Assembly: GCF_009914755.1 (NCBI RefSeq)
Contig: NC_060930.1
Strand: one strand, 5' to 3'
Origin: the human T2T-CHM13v2.0 reference genome, Homo sapiens
DNA length: 64,000 nucleotides
Under the pieces are notes generated by a model that was not told where the DNA came from, made no database searches, and was given only the letters and a program-made list of their open reading frames with translations. Every line of letters starts with the position of its first letter. Position 1 is the stretch's first letter. This document shows, piece after piece, positions 1-15,725 of the stretch. Position numbers and translations under genes: made by a program.

Positions 1-39
1 CTCGGCTATTTTGAAGAGTGTGAACTTTATCTTTTAAAT

Positions 40-776
40 ATCTTTTAAAAATCTGTCAATTTCTCTCTATTCCCTCCACCAAGACCTAGTTTCAAACTCC
101 AATCTTTTCTTAGACAGACAACTGGCTGCAGAATGCCTCCCAATGGGTCTCTCTCATCCGTTTTTGACCCTTCCTGATGATTCTTCACACTATAGCCAGA
201 CTAAACTTTTAAAAATACAAATCTGATTATGGGTAATTTCTGAATAAATTATGGGTAATTTCTGAATAAAATGTATAATGCTCTCACTCAAGATGAAGAA
301 AAAAATTAACATGGCATACATGGCTTTTCACAACCTGACATCTTACATCTACCTTATTTCTCATCTGACTCCTTGCCTCCTCTTTCCCTGAGTTCCAATT
401 AAGTTGATATTTTTTAGAATCAAACAGCATAACATGTTTTTTCCTAATTCATTCTGTTCCTTTTACCTATTCTGCCCTACCTGTTATTTAGATTCAGTTC
501 AAAATTCATTTCCTGAAGGAATCCTCCTTGTACTTCTACATACTCTCATACTTCTTATACTTTCAAATCATAAGTTTATCATGGCTTATAATTATCAACT
601 TTTGCAATTAATTAATTAATGTCTACCTCCTCAACTAGACTATATGTTTCTTAAGGGCAGCATTCAAGTCCATTTCTATTCGTTGCTCTGTATGAGCAGA
701 AACACAGTGTCTGGCACATAGTAAATACTCAGAAATATTGTTTCATTCATGCATGAGTGAGTAAATTAATGAATGT
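40..776 (+). mobile_element. L2 LINE 3' fragment
   Basis: Pyrimidine-rich body ending in an L2-type 3' terminus: ctagactatatgtttcttaagggcag...cagtgtctggcacatagtaaatactcag...(tgaa)n-like tail. Boundaries approximate. Confidence 0.75.
226..269. repeat. 22-bp perfect tandem duplication
   Basis: attatgggtaatttctgaataa x2 (226-247, 248-269). Confidence 0.95.
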
Positions 777-2210
777 TAGCACAGTGGCTTTTAGATAGGA
801 GTCTTGCCTAATGGAAGACCATCACTCATACTCTACCAATTTTATTACTGTTTTATAAAGATCAAATAATACTCCGCAGAGAAAACATTTTTATATATTG
901 TCTTTATAATGGTTGTAAGGGAGTCATTGATACAAGTGTATATTTTGGAAAAATGAATTAATTTAACCAAGATAAAGAGTTACATTAGGGATGCCTGTAG
1001 TGTGATCTCTCTTCTGCGTCTTTTCTCTGTTCCTGGAGCACGAAGGTGAAGGAGCCTGGTTGATGATTGCTTTCCACTCATATCCTGACAACATAAAAAT
1101 GTTTCTTCGTAACATCAAAAGATGTGCTTTTTTTTTTTAGCCCAATAGCATTTGAACTCAGAAAAATTATAGTTCCCAAGTGAAATAGACTTTGGTATAA
1201 CAGACATCTGCTTATATAACAATTTATGTAATTAGAGCTGGGTAAAAAGAATTTGTGAGCCAGTATGACAGAATTTTCTTGAAAGCTATAGAACAATCAT
1301 TTATATGGATGTTCCAACTATTTAGAGAGAGAGTCGTCAAAACATCCTTCATCAAATCTATTTGAGTGAGGTAAATAAAATAGGAGTGACAGAGTCTTGA
1401 TTCCAGAACATGTAAATTCTTCTTTGTTTGATTTTCTACAGCTTGCATTTTGATGTTGTAGTCCCAGTAGAGGTGAGAAAACTGCAAAAAGGAAACTACT
1501 TGGAAGTAGTACCTTCAGCCTCACAATCTAAGCAGTTAGTGGCTAATTATTTACCTCAGTATCTGATTTTAACTGCACTCAGCCACTCAGATATGTGGAA
1601 CAGAGCTGTCCACCAGCAAGGACACAGAGGGCTCCTGACAATCCCCCTCCTGATCTATCCCCATCAGTAGACAAAGGGAAAGGAGGAGAATCAGGTCATT
1701 TTCTTGAGAGTTCCTGTTTCTGCTACACCAAATTTGCTCATATGAACAAACACATGGCTCCTGAGACCCACAGACCTTATATTAAATATATTTATGAAGC
1801 TCCCCCACTGTGTTCCCACAGACTCAGATTCTTACCTTCTATGAATGAGCAGAGCTAACAAATTTCTCTCTGGCCTGGGAGAAAATGACCTTCAACTATA
1901 GCTGAGTCAAGTGTAGATCTGGAAATTGTCTTCAAAAATTACTTGCTCCCACAGTTTGTCTTGACCAGCTCTCTCCCTTCTAGCAAATGTCCTCAGGTTT
2001 GGTTTGTGGGAAATGTCAGGTAGGTTTGATGTGTAGATTCTATTTATTGGTAAGAGTATAAAGTGAAGATGCTAGAATAATTTGACAGTCAGATTCATCA
2101 AGCATTTAAAGGAGCTTTATTCCATGTGTGTCAGTATTCAATAACACATATAATATTTGTAATAATGCCAACTAACATTTTCTGAACACTCACAATGTAC
2201 CAGACACTGT

Positions 2211-2233
2211 GGAGAGGAGAGGAGAGGAGAGGA
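2211..2233. repeat. (GGAGA)n microsatellite
   Basis: ggagaggagaggagaggagagga. Confidence 0.9.
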
Positions 2234-3019
2234 CTTTTACATTTTCACTCTCAACTTTTACAAGCAAACGTTGAAGAGTTTAGTGCTATGAAGATGAAAA
2301 CCTCTGCTACTACTGAGTCATAACAATAATCACAAAAATCCTAATAGTAAAATGAATTTGGAAGAAACCTGGACAGTAAAAACTTTGGAATTTTTCTTTG
2401 TGCCCAAATTGTGGGTCCAGCAATATTCCTGGTGGCATCACAGAATGTTGTATAAAATACAAACTGAGTGGCCTTGAATTTCTTCAAGGTGGAATAGCCT
2501 TGAATGGTCATATGTTTTCTTACTCTTGTCCTTTTGGTTGTCCCAACTAATTATTCTATTTTCCGAATGTTTCCTATTTGTAGTATTTTGTGGCCACCTG
2601 GTTGGTCTCAGTGCCATTGCTTCTACTGCCCTGGTATATAATTGACATAACTGGTAGACTTGTGTGTCCCAAAGCACAAAGCTGAGCTTCACTCAGAAAC
2701 TTTGGAGGAGTAATTTCTTATTTGAGTACAATTATTCAGAGCATGCCTATTATTACATATTGGGCAGAAGTGGGGGAAGAAGGAGTTACGAAGATTGTCC
2801 CACTAATTAGTAACACAACTATTCAATGCTTATGAAATTTTTCTTTCCTGTGTGAGCTTGCACCAGTCGTCACCCATCTGCCATCTTCTACGAGATATAA
2901 TAAGGTTAGGGAGATATTTGTGTCTTACTTTTGTTTTAAGTAATCCAGAATCCCAAGGCCAAAATCTAAAAGAGGACAGGGATAGATACAGGTAGAGGTG
3001 ACAATTGTCATTGTTATTG

Positions 3020-3150
3020 TTCTCATTTTACAGATGTGAAGGCTTAGACTGGAAGACTTTAAATACTTGTCCAAAGTCTTAGTGCTGGAGTAAAAGGAAG
3101 AGTCTCGAATTGAACCCTAAACAGCTAACCTCTAAACTCTTGCCCTTAAA
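3020..3150 (-). mobile_element. MIR fragment
   Basis: ctcattttacagatg...acttgtccaaagtc...gaattgaacc matches the reverse-complemented MIR core. Confidence 0.65.
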
Positions 3151-3639
3151 CAAAAGAGTGAAAAGGAGCTTTTATTATCTAATTGGGCATTGGGAGAAAC
3201 ACTCTTAAGCAAAGAAACAAAGGCATGAGCACAGGTAAAGGTAAGAGTTTGAAATTGGTATAAAGCACATAGCTAAACCTTTGGAAGTCAATTAAAGGAA
3301 AGGCAACTGTGAAGGAGATTATTTAGAAAAAAGAAATGGGAATTCTCTGACATCTGGGCATCTTCTTGCTGTCTTGTCCTGGGTTTCCAGCTAAACTGAG
3401 CCCAGCCAAGCTTCTTGACTCCCTCCCATGGCTTCCATCTGCCACACAGCTCTGGCCAAGGCCAAACTCAGCCTGCCTTATTTCCAGAATTCCTTGCTTC
3501 TGCAAAGTCATCTCGAAGTGAGCCATAGAGCAGTGTCCTCTGAATGACTGCACAGCCCCCAAATATATGACTTTCCTGAAGAAGAGATGACAGCCAGCTG
3601 AGGAAGCTGCTCACTGGGAGGAGATGCATACTCACTCAC

Positions 3640-3693
3640 CTGCAGTCTCTTCCCACATCCCCGAGCAGCACATGTCAGCTGTCCTCTTCTCAT
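3640..3693 (-). other. candidate 54-nt internal exon (host transcript unknown)
   Basis: Minus strand: ctgccactcctctcctcctttttccag|ATGAGAAG...GACTGCAG|gtgagt. Long pyrimidine tract, consensus donor, length divisible by 3, non-repeat context. Confidence 0.35.
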
Positions 3694-4328
3694 CTGGAAA
3701 AAGGAGGAGAGGAGTGGCAGCTTATTAAAACCTGGCACAGTGCCAGCCTTGCTCAAGATGTTGTTATTCAGTCTTAGGAAACACCTTGAAAATAAACAGT
3801 GACTATTTCCTATCATGTAATATACGTAGTATTTAGCAAATTAGAAGTGCTTAATAAAAGTCAATGAATCCCAAATAAATCATGACTATTAATATATTTA
3901 TTTGTTTGATACAAACTGGATGTACAAATCAATAAGAAAATTAATATTTTGGAATCTTAAGGCTTTCACTGAATAATTATTACATTGAATTGAACAATGA
4001 TTTTAATGCAGATTCATAATATTCATGATGAATACATATTAAGATTATTTTGAATACATAATTAGTTTGCAGAGCACAGATTCCAAATGAAAGGACAATT
4101 AATTTTTAGCTTTAGCTTTGCCATAACCCATTTAAATGTTTTTAGTGATGCTTCCATAACCAGCATAGCACATAATTTATAAATGAAAATGCTAATCTAC
4201 AGACTATCATCTGTCCTTTCTATTAAAATTATTAAATAAATGCTAGCATTGATATGATAAAAGATGTGTATAGAGGAAAGCTTTAATGTAAGAGGGCTCT
4301 TTTCAGGTCTATTTATTATTGACTTTAA

Positions 4329-6377
<2,049 letters not shown>

Positions 6378-6710
6378 TTTATTTTGAAATAATTTCAGAC
6401 TTATAGAAAAGGTGCATGAATAGTACATAGAATTTCTGTATATCTATCTAGATCTCCTAACAGTTAACATTTTCATATATGTGCTTTATTTTTCTCTCTT
6501 ACACACACACACACAAACACACACACAAATATGTATGTATATATACGTACAATTTTTTTCCTGAACTATGTAAAAGTAAGCTGCAGCCATGAATCTAGGA
6601 TGTTCCATTACCACCTACATAGTCAGTATATTTTAAAATTAAGATGTTAACAATATTATCAAATCTGCAGACCTAGTCATATTTCACTGGTTGTCCCAGT
6701 AACTTCCTGT
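6378..6710 (-). mobile_element. old L1MC-type 3' end, target of the young L1; contains (CA)n at ~6501-6527
   Basis: tttattttgaaataatttcagacttatagaaaag...atagtaca resembles the reverse-complemented L1MC4/5 3' end. Confidence 0.65.
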
Positions 6711-7424
6711 AAAACAAAACAAAACAAAAAACCCTACACTTATTTTTTTAAGAGCAAAGTCTTAGTTGTATATCTGTATCAAGCTAAAACTAGTGTATGG
6801 ATTAATATGAAATGAGATTCAGTCAATACCACTGTAGGACCATATATGTCCCTGAAAGATTAAGGAATGTGATTATTTTCTTAATAAAAATTATAATGCA
6901 TCACCAAGATTAAATGTTTCTGCTATTAATATGTGTAGTAAGAAATAAATGAATGAAAAAGTTAAAATTTAATAGTGCCACTTTGCCTTTAAACATTTTA
7001 AACTATTTACCACTAATGACAAATCATTTTCAAAATTCTAGTAGAAGTTCCTAGTTGATTGAACATGAATGAGATGGAATTACTTGGACAGAAAGCCAGC
7101 CAAAAAGGGCATCACACTAGGAGCTGTCTAGCTTTGAGCTCTACTCTGAAATGCAGCCCCTCTAGGTGGTTTTATTACTTACAATTGGTAATCTACTGTC
7201 AAGAAATGATGGAAAAAAAGAGACAGCCCCTGTGTCAAAGGACTTCACGCTGCAGTTTCCTTTGGTTTAGGGAGCATAGTTGATTTGTGTTATAGCAGAA
7301 TATGGTGTATAATGTTTATTTTTGTTTTTAAATGAACTCCACGTAGTATGAAGAAGGAAATCTAATCAGTGATGTTGACATATAAATTATTACATAACCT
7401 TTGCAAAGAATTTGCAATAATTAT

Positions 7425-7810
7425 TCAACAACCTTATCTTTTCATCCAGGAATTCCACTCCTGGCATTTTTGCTCAAAGAAATAATCCTAAGGACAACAG
7501 ACACCTTAGACATGACAGTGTTCATTATTTCATGATTCATAAAAGTAAAAACAAAAATAAAACACCTAAAAGTCTAAAAGCACAGGAAAGGCAAGGTAAA
7601 TTATTGTATATACACAAGATAGAATGGTGTACAGTTATATATAAAATCTATTAATTAAAAATTAAATATATATTAATTTTAAAAGTACTTATGTTGAGAA
7701 ACTTAGTAAAAAAGAGTTTCCAAATTGAATATATAATATGAGCTCAAGCATATGGAAAAGAAAATACAAAGAAAATAAGTCACCCTGTAAGCAGAGGTTG
7801 TATCTGGGTC
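7425..7810 (+). mobile_element. old L1ME-type 3' fragment
   Basis: atccaggaattccactcctggcattt...gtgttcatt...aacacctaaa...taaattattgtatata is a degenerate L1 ORF2 end / 3'UTR. Confidence 0.55.
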
Positions 7811-7943
7811 ATACAAATACTGTGCTGGCAGTGAGCAGGCCTAGAGGGCGTGGCCCAGTCTCCAGCTGCAGTCCTTGGATCTGATTAGGATAGCTGAAGC
7901 CAAGGAGGCCACACTGACCAGCCTATTTCTGATCTTGTTTCAG

Positions 7944-7981
7944 ACTGGCCCACTCTTCAGTTCCTGATTTTGTTAAACAAG
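7944..7981 (+). other. candidate 38-nt exon
   Basis: Branch-point consensus CACTGAC (7912-7918), then tttctgatcttgtttcag|ACTGGC...AACAAG|gtaaga. Confidence 0.25.
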
Positions 7982-8125
7982 GTAAGAGAGAATAGACGAG
8001 AAACAAGCAAATAGGGTCCAGGATGCTTGCTGTGAACACCATGCAGAGCAACTAGGCCATCCTTAAGCAGTCAACAGGTGCCTGGTATATGAAATTGTTG
8101 AGCTTGTTAAATATACAGACATTTT

Positions 8126-8173
8126 CCACCTCCAAAGTGCTGAGATTATAAGCATGGGCCACCACACCCAGCC
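8126..8173 (-). mobile_element. Alu 5'-end fragment (~48 bp)
   Basis: ctccaaagtgctgagattataagcatgggccaccacacccagcc is the reverse complement of the Alu 5' end. The rest is missing. Confidence 0.85.
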
Positions 8174-11100
8174 AAGACTGTGGTTTTAAAGAAAGAGATG
8201 AGATTTTAAATCACAAGTAAAAAAATCAAATACTTCATATCTTCTTTGCTACAAGGTATGCATTTTTATTTCACCTTGGTTATCTCAATTCAATTTTTTT
8301 AAAAGAAAGAAAACCTTTTCTTTTCCCAAGATGGTGACAAAAAGACTTTTAGGATGCCTCGGCCACTTGGAAACAGCAAAATAGTGTGTAAAAATCAACT
8401 CTGAGTTTTAATTCAAAAGGAAAGGTGACAATTTGCAGGAATAGCAAAGGACACCTCATATTCTGGGAAGGAGAAAGTGGGCAAGCAGCCCTTGCGACAG
8501 CATTCAGCTGAAAAGGTGTGTGGGAGGGGCAGTCAGTCTCCCTTGGTGATTCACCTTTCCACTAGGGATATGTGCCAAGGGAGGGCACCCTGTTTCTCTC
8601 AAGCCCTAGAGATAACAGTTAGGGAGAGGCTGAGAGATAGAGAGATGGAGACACTGGGAAAAAACTGCATTGTCCCAGACCCAGGACCAAGAGGAGGATG
8701 CCATTTTCCATCCAGGCTTATACAAAGGCAGTCATTGTTTTGCAACCTGGAAGCAGTAGCCACAGCAGGCATTTAATTTTGGGCCAGAGACTGGGGTTCT
8801 AGCACTGGAGTAGGAGAAGGGTTCCCACTGCCAGAATTGAGTGGTGAGTATGGAGAGTGTCCCAGCAGTAGATGCTAGAATTAGGCTCTCTCTCACCACA
8901 AGACCAGTATGGGAGGAGAGTTGTTGAAGCTGAGGATTCTCCTGGAGGGCAAGACTTGCAGCCAGGGACAGCTTTGTATTCTGGGACCAGTCTGTGTGTG
9001 TCCTTGGTGGGTGCCCCAGCCTGCTCCCTTGGTCAGTGGGGAGACAGTGCCCCACTAGCTCCATGGAACAGGAGGGAGGTGGACACCACTTCCTTGGAGA
9101 TCTAACCCCCAGTACTAAGTGGCCCTAAGGGAGAGAGGTGCATAGCCTGCCAAAGCCCCCTTGAGTCAAAGAAAACTTGAGCATGGTGCCAGCCACATAA
9201 GGCAGCACCAACAAAGCCTGGAAATGAACTTAAGAGTTCATCTCTCACCCCCAGCTTTCTTCTTCAGTGCACTGCTGTCGACATGACAAAAGGTCTTCCA
9301 GGTGGGGCCTGGGGAGTGTGGACTGACAGAGGCCACTTCCTGGGCTTCTCCATTGGCTCTACCCCCACCAAAGGTGAGCATGAGCTGAGGGAGGGTGCTT
9401 TTCATGCTTCTCCATTGTTTCTGCCCATGCTAAGGGTAAACACATGCAAAGAGCCTCTTGCTGGCTCTTACTTCTCAGCATCATCTACTGGCTGGAAGCC
9501 TGAATTACACCTCCAAATAAAAGTAAATCACTACAACAATAAACTTGAGGAAGACACTGCATATCTGCAACCAAGGAGCCCTTACAGAGCCTTGGTCCTC
9601 TGAAAGCACCCAGAAACAAGGCAAATCAATGATACACAATAAACAACACAGTCATACCCTCAAGGGAAAAAAATAACAATAAAAAATCAACACTCCCCAT
9701 CAAAACAATAGCAAATTAAAAAGAAATAAGGAGAAATGTCAGCTCCCTCAGATGAGAAGGAACCAGTATAAGAACTCTGGCAATACAAAAATCCAGAGTG
9801 TTTTTTCACCTCCAAAGGATTGTACTAGCTTTCTAGCAATGATCCTTACCAGAATGAAATGTCTGAAATGACAGATATAGAATTCAAAATGTGGATGGCA
9901 AAGAAACTCAACAAGATACAAGAGACAAGTTAAAATCCAACACAAACAAGCCAGCAAAATGATCAAAGACTTGAAAGACCACATAGTTATATTAAGAAAT
10001 AACCAAACAGAACTTCTGGAATTGGAAAATTTACTAAAAGAATTTCAAACTACAGTTGGAAGCATTAACAACAGACTTGACAAAGCAGAAGAAAAAAAAA
10101 TCACAGACTAGTCCTTCAAATCAACCAAGTCAGACAAAAATGAAGAAAAAATTATTTTTAAAAAATTAACAAAGCTTTTGAGAAATATAGGATTATGTAA
10201 AGCAATGAAACCTATGACTTGTTGGCATTCCTGAGAGAGAGAAGAAAAGTAAGCAACTTGGAAAACATATTTGAGAATATAATTCAGGAAAATGTCTCTA
10301 ATCTGGCTAGAGAGGTCAATATGCAGATACAAGAAATCCAGAGAAGTCCTGAGAGTTGCTATATAAGATGAACATCACCAAGGTACATAGTCATCAGACT
10401 ATCCAAGGTCAATGCAAAAAAAGAAAATCTTAAAGACAGATAAAGAAAATGGCCATATTATCCTTAAAGGGGAACCCAACAGACTAACACAGACTTTCAG
10501 CAGAAATCTTACAAGCCAGAAAAGATTGGGGGCCCATTTTTAGCATTTTTAAAGAAAAGAAATGCCAGTCAAGAATTTCATATTCCACCAAACTAAGCTT
10601 CATAAACAAAGTACAAATAAAGTCTTTCCCAGACAAGCAATCACTAAGGGAATTTGTTAGCACTAGACTGGCCCTATAAGAGATGCTTAAGGGAGTGCTA
10701 AACATGGAAATGAAAGATGTTTGCTACCACGAAAGCACACAGAAGCACATAGCCTATGGACCCATAAAGCAACTACATAATCAAGACTACAAATCAATTA
10801 GCTAAAAGCACTACGAAAGGAACAAAACCACTATATCAATATTAACCTTGAATATAAATGGCCTAAATATTCCACATAAAAGACACACACTGGCAAATTG
10901 GATTTAAGAAAACAGTATTCATTCTTCTGCTGTTTTTAAGAGATCTATCTCACATGTAATGAAACCCATAGGCTCAAAGTAAAGGGATGGAGAAAGGTCT
11001 ATCATTCAAATGGAAAACAAAAAGGAGTAAATGTCACTATTCTTGCATCATATAAAATATACTTTAAACCAAAAACAGTGAAAAAGGACAAAAAAGGGCA

Positions 11101-12216
11101 TTACATAACAATAAAGGGTTCCGTTCAACAAGAAGATTTCACTGTCGTAAATATATGTTTACCCAACATTGGAGCACCCAGATTCACAAAACAATTACTT
11201 CTGGACCTAAAAAAAAAAAGACTTAACGCAGCCACACAATAATAGTGGTGGAATTCAACACCCCACTTACAGCATTTGACAGCTCATTGAGACAGAAAAC
11301 TAACAAAGAAATTCTGGAGGTAAATTCAACACTTGACCAACTAGACCTAATAGACTTCTAACAGAATACCGCACCCAGCAACCACAGAATATACATTCTT
11401 CTCATCTGCATATGGAACATACTGTAAGATTGACCACATGCTTAACCATAAAGCAAGTCCTCATGAATTAAAAAACATCACAATGATACCAGCCATACTC
11501 TCCAGCCACAATGGAATACAAATAGAAATCAATACCAGTAAGGACTCTCAAAACTACATAAATACATGGAAAATAAACCACTTGCTCCTGAATGACTTTT
11601 CAGTAAGCAATAAAATTAAGGCAGAAATGACAAATTATTTGAAACAAATAAAAACGGAGACACAACATACCAAAACCTCTGGGACACGACAAAAACAGTG
11701 TTTAAGGGGAATATTTATAGTGCTAAATGCCTACATTAAGAAGATGGAAGGATTTCAAATGAACAAACTAACCTTGCATCTAACAGAATTACAAAAACAA
11801 AAACAAACAAAAAAATAAAACCAAAAAGACTAAACACAAAGCTAGCAGAACAGAAACAACTAAAATTAGAGCAGAACTAAATGAAATTCAGACCAAAATG
11901 ATCAACAAAATGAAAAGTTGTCCTTTGAAAGGATAAACAAGATTGACAGACCACTAGCTAGATTAACAGAAAAAAAGAACATTCAAATAAGCACAACCAG
12001 AAACAACAAAGGTGACATTACAACTTCTCCAATAGAAATACAAAATATATTCAGAGACTACTATGAACATGTCTATGTGCACAGACTAGAAAATCTAGAG
12101 AAAATGAATAAATTCCTGGAAACACACAACTTCCCATGATTGAACCAGGAAGAAATAGAAATCCAGAACACACCAATAACGAGTAATGAAATTGAATCAG
12201 TAATAAAACACCTACC

Positions 12217-12262
12217 AATCAGAAAAGGCCCTGGACCAAAATCAGAAAAGGCCCTGGACCAA
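12217..12262. repeat. 23-bp tandem duplication within L1 ORF2
   Basis: aatcagaaaaggccctggaccaa x2. Confidence 0.95.
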
Positions 12263-13538
12263 ATGGTTTCACAGCTAAATTCCACCAGATGTACAAAGAT
12301 CTGGTACCAATTTATATTCCAAAAAATTGAGGAAGGGGGATTCCTCCCTGACTCATTCTACAAAACTAGTATCATCCTGACGTCAAAATCTTGCAAAAAG
12401 ATAGCAAAAACAGAAAACAACAGGCAAATATCCCTAATGAACATAGGCACAAAAATCCTCAGCAATATACTAGCAAACTGAATTGAGCAGCACATCAAAA
12501 AATAATTCGCCATCATCAAGTGGGCTTTATTCCTGGGGTGCAAGGATGATTCAACATACACAAATTAATAAACATAATCCATCACATAAACAGGATGAAT
12601 TATGAAACGATATGATCATCTAAATAGACACAGAACAGCATTTGATAAAATCCAACATCCTTTCATGATAAAAACCCTTAACAAACTAGGCATAGACGGA
12701 ATGTATCTCAAAATAAAAGCCATGTGTAACAAACCCACAGTTAACATAATACTGAATGGGGGAAAGTTGAAAGCAAGCTCCAGTTCTTGTCCCCTAAGAA
12801 GTGAGATGAGACAAAGATGTCCATTCCCACCGCTCCTATTCAATATAGTAGTGGAAGCCCTAGCCAGAGCTATCAGGCAAGAGAAAGAAATAAAAGGCAT
12901 TCAGATTGGGAAAGAGGAAGTCAAATTATTATTGTTCACTGACAACATGATCACATACCTACAAAATCCTAAAGACTTCTCTGGAAGATTCCCAGATCTG
13001 ATTAGAAACTTCAGTAAAGTCTCAAGATACAAAATAAATGTGTAAAATCAGTAGCATTTCTATCTGCCACTAACATTCAAGGCAAGAGCCAAATCAAGAA
13101 CATAATGCCATTTACAACAGCCAGAATAAAGCGTTAAGTACAAAGGAATACATCTAATCAAGGAAGTGAAAGATCTCCACCAAGAGAACTACAAAACGCT
13201 GATGAAAGAAATTGTGGATGACACAAATAAATGGGAAAACATCCCAACGCTCATGGATTGTAAGACTCAATATCACTCAAATGACCATATTGCCCAAAGT
13301 AATCAGTCCCTGTCAAATTACCAATCTCATTTTCCACAGAATTAGAAAAAAAATCCTAAAGTATATATAAAACCAAAAAATAGCCTGAATTGCCAAAGTA
13401 CGCCTAAGCATAAAGAACAAATCTGAAGACATCACCTTGACTGACTTCAAATTATACTACAAGGCTACAGCAACTAAAATACCATGGTACTGGTACTAAA
13501 ATAGACACACAGATCAATGGAACAGAATACAGACCCCA

Positions 13539-13844
13539 GGCCGGGCGTGGTGGCTCACGTCTGTAATCCCAGCACTTTGGGAGCCAAGGCAGGTGGACCA
13601 TGAGGTCAGGAGTTCAAGACCAGTCTGGCCAAAATGGTGAAACCCTGTCTCTACTAAAAATACAAAAATTAGCCGGCTGTGGTGGTGGGCGCCTGTAATC
13701 CTAGCTACTTAGGAGACTGAGGCAGAGAATTGCTTGAACCCAGGAGGCAGAGGTTGCAGTGAGCCGAGATCGCACCACTGTACTCCAGCCCGGGCAACAG
13801 AGCGAGACTCCATCTCAAAAAAAAAAAAAAAAAAAAAAAAAAAA
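13539..13844 (+). mobile_element. AluS (AluSg-like) inserted in L1 ORF2
   Basis: ggccgggcgtggtggctcac...gaggtcaggagttc..., 28-nt poly(A), TSD core agacccca (13531-13538 / 13848-13855). Confidence 0.95.
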
Positions 13845-14959
13845 GATAGACCCCAGAAAGAAAGCCACATACTTAAAACCAACTGATCTTCAATAAAACC
13901 AACAAAAATAAACAATGGGGAAAGAACTCTCTATTCAATAAATGGTGCTGGGAATACTGGCTAGCCACATGCAGAAGAATAAAACTGGACCACTATCTCT
14001 CACCATATACAAAAATTAACTCAAGATGTATTAAAGAACCAAACATAAGACCTGAAACTATAAAAATTCTGGAATCTGGGAAAAACTCTTCTGGACATCG
14101 GCCCAAGCAAAGAATTTATGGTGAAGACCCCAAAAGCAGACACAACAAAACAAAAATAGACAAATGAGATTTAATCAAACTAAAAAGTGTCTGCACAGCA
14201 AAGAAATAACAGCATAAACAGACAACCTTCAGAATTGGAGAAAATATTGACAAATTATGCCTCCAACAAAGGATTAATATCCTGAGTCTATAAGAAACTC
14301 AAACAACTCAACAAGAAAAAAACAAACAACTTCATTAAAAACTTGGCAAAGGACATGAACAGACATGTCTCAAAAGAAATATAAGTGGCCAACCACCCAT
14401 GAAAAAAATGTTCAACATAACTATTCATCAGAGAAATGCAAATTAAAACTACACCAAGATACCATGTTACATCAATCAGAATGGCTATTATTAAAAAGCC
14501 AAAAAAAATATTGGCATGAATGCAGAGAAAAGGGAATGCTCATACACTGTTGGTGGGAATGTACATTAGTTCAACCTCTATGGAAAATATTATGGCGATA
14601 TCTCAAAGAACTGAAAATAGAACTATTAGATCCAGCAACCTTACTACTAAGTATCTTCCCAGTGGAAAAGAAATTATTATAGAAAAGTGATTTCAGGAGC
14701 AAACTCTCAAGTTTTGATGCCTGGGATTATTTATCTAACCTAGTTAAAGTTGATTGCAGTAATGACTTCCTTGATAGCAAAAATATGAATATTGATTATT
14801 CATGACATGCAAGTGATGAAGTACTTACTTAAATTATAAACTGTAGTTTTAGAATCAAGTGCCTACTAACTCTCTTTTGACAGAAGAAGCCAGCCATCTC
14901 TCTTATCTAATTAAGCCACCATCCCTATAATAGAAAACTCTCTAATGACCTTACTGGAT

Positions 14960-15312
14960 TAATTAGAATAGGATGGTCTGTGCTGCAATAACAAACCTAA
15001 CAAAAGTTTATTTCTGTCTCCTGCTACTTGTCCAATGCAAATAGGCAAGGAGCTCTGTTTCTATCTATTGACTGAAGCTCAGTCACCTCACAGCTGAACT
15101 GGTGGTGCACCTGGTAGCTTTCACAGTGGGAGAGAGAGGGAGAGGTTCCCAAACCAGCTCTTACATGCCTCAGCCAAAAAGTGTCACATATGATTTCTCT
15201 TCAAAGCACATCTTCCAGGATTAGTCACATGGTCCACCGTAATTGCAAGGAGTCTAAAAAATGTAGTGGAGTATGCGGATATTTGATGAGAATGGAATAT
15301 CTCTTCCACTTC
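14960..15312 (-). mobile_element. MaLR LTR (MLT1J/K/L-like)
   Basis: tgtgctgcaataacaaac...tttatttct...tagtcacatggtccac...tgcaagg...aaatgtagt are typical reverse-strand MLT1 blocks. Confidence 0.65.
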
Positions 15313-15725
15313 ACTAGAGGCAGTTATCTTGCAAGGGAGTGTTGGTATTTCTTGAGAACTGCCCCACGACTCCATATTGCCTCTGGGTTCTATAACTGAG
15401 TCAGATACCAGCAAACCTCAGGGACGTGAGCTCAGAGTCAAAGCCAAGGAGAGACAGATTATAAGTTAAATAACTGAAGGATTCTCTCAACTGCATTGGG
15501 AAAAATATGGGGAGTATGCTGGGAATGAATTCTGAGGGTACTAGATCAGGAAAAAACAAACAAAATGCATCAAGTCAAATTTATTGATATATGTACATTT
15601 ACTAAAAACTGTGGATTCAGTGTGTTAGCTGAAGCAGATAGATGTGTTTTTAGATAGATAAATACTATAACAGTTATATTTGCCTGGAAACTAGACTCAA
15701 CCACATTTCCTTCAATAATATAGAG

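Larger units (their letters stand above)
8320..14682 (+). mobile_element. old primate L1 (L1PA15/16-like): 5'UTR, decayed ORF1 and ORF2, 3' end missing
   Basis: 5' start cccaagatgg. ORF1-like MRRNQYKNSGN at ~9752. ORF2 EN start near 10810-10870. ORF-track fragments NNRQISLMNIGTKILSNILAN and [12 protein letters not shown]. Stops in the ORF2 C-terminus with no 3'UTR or poly(A). Confidence 0.9.

Noticed and set aside
8477-9603. GC-richer region with several ORFs as a gene or promoter
   Set aside because: It is the decayed, CpG-depleted 5'UTR of the old L1.
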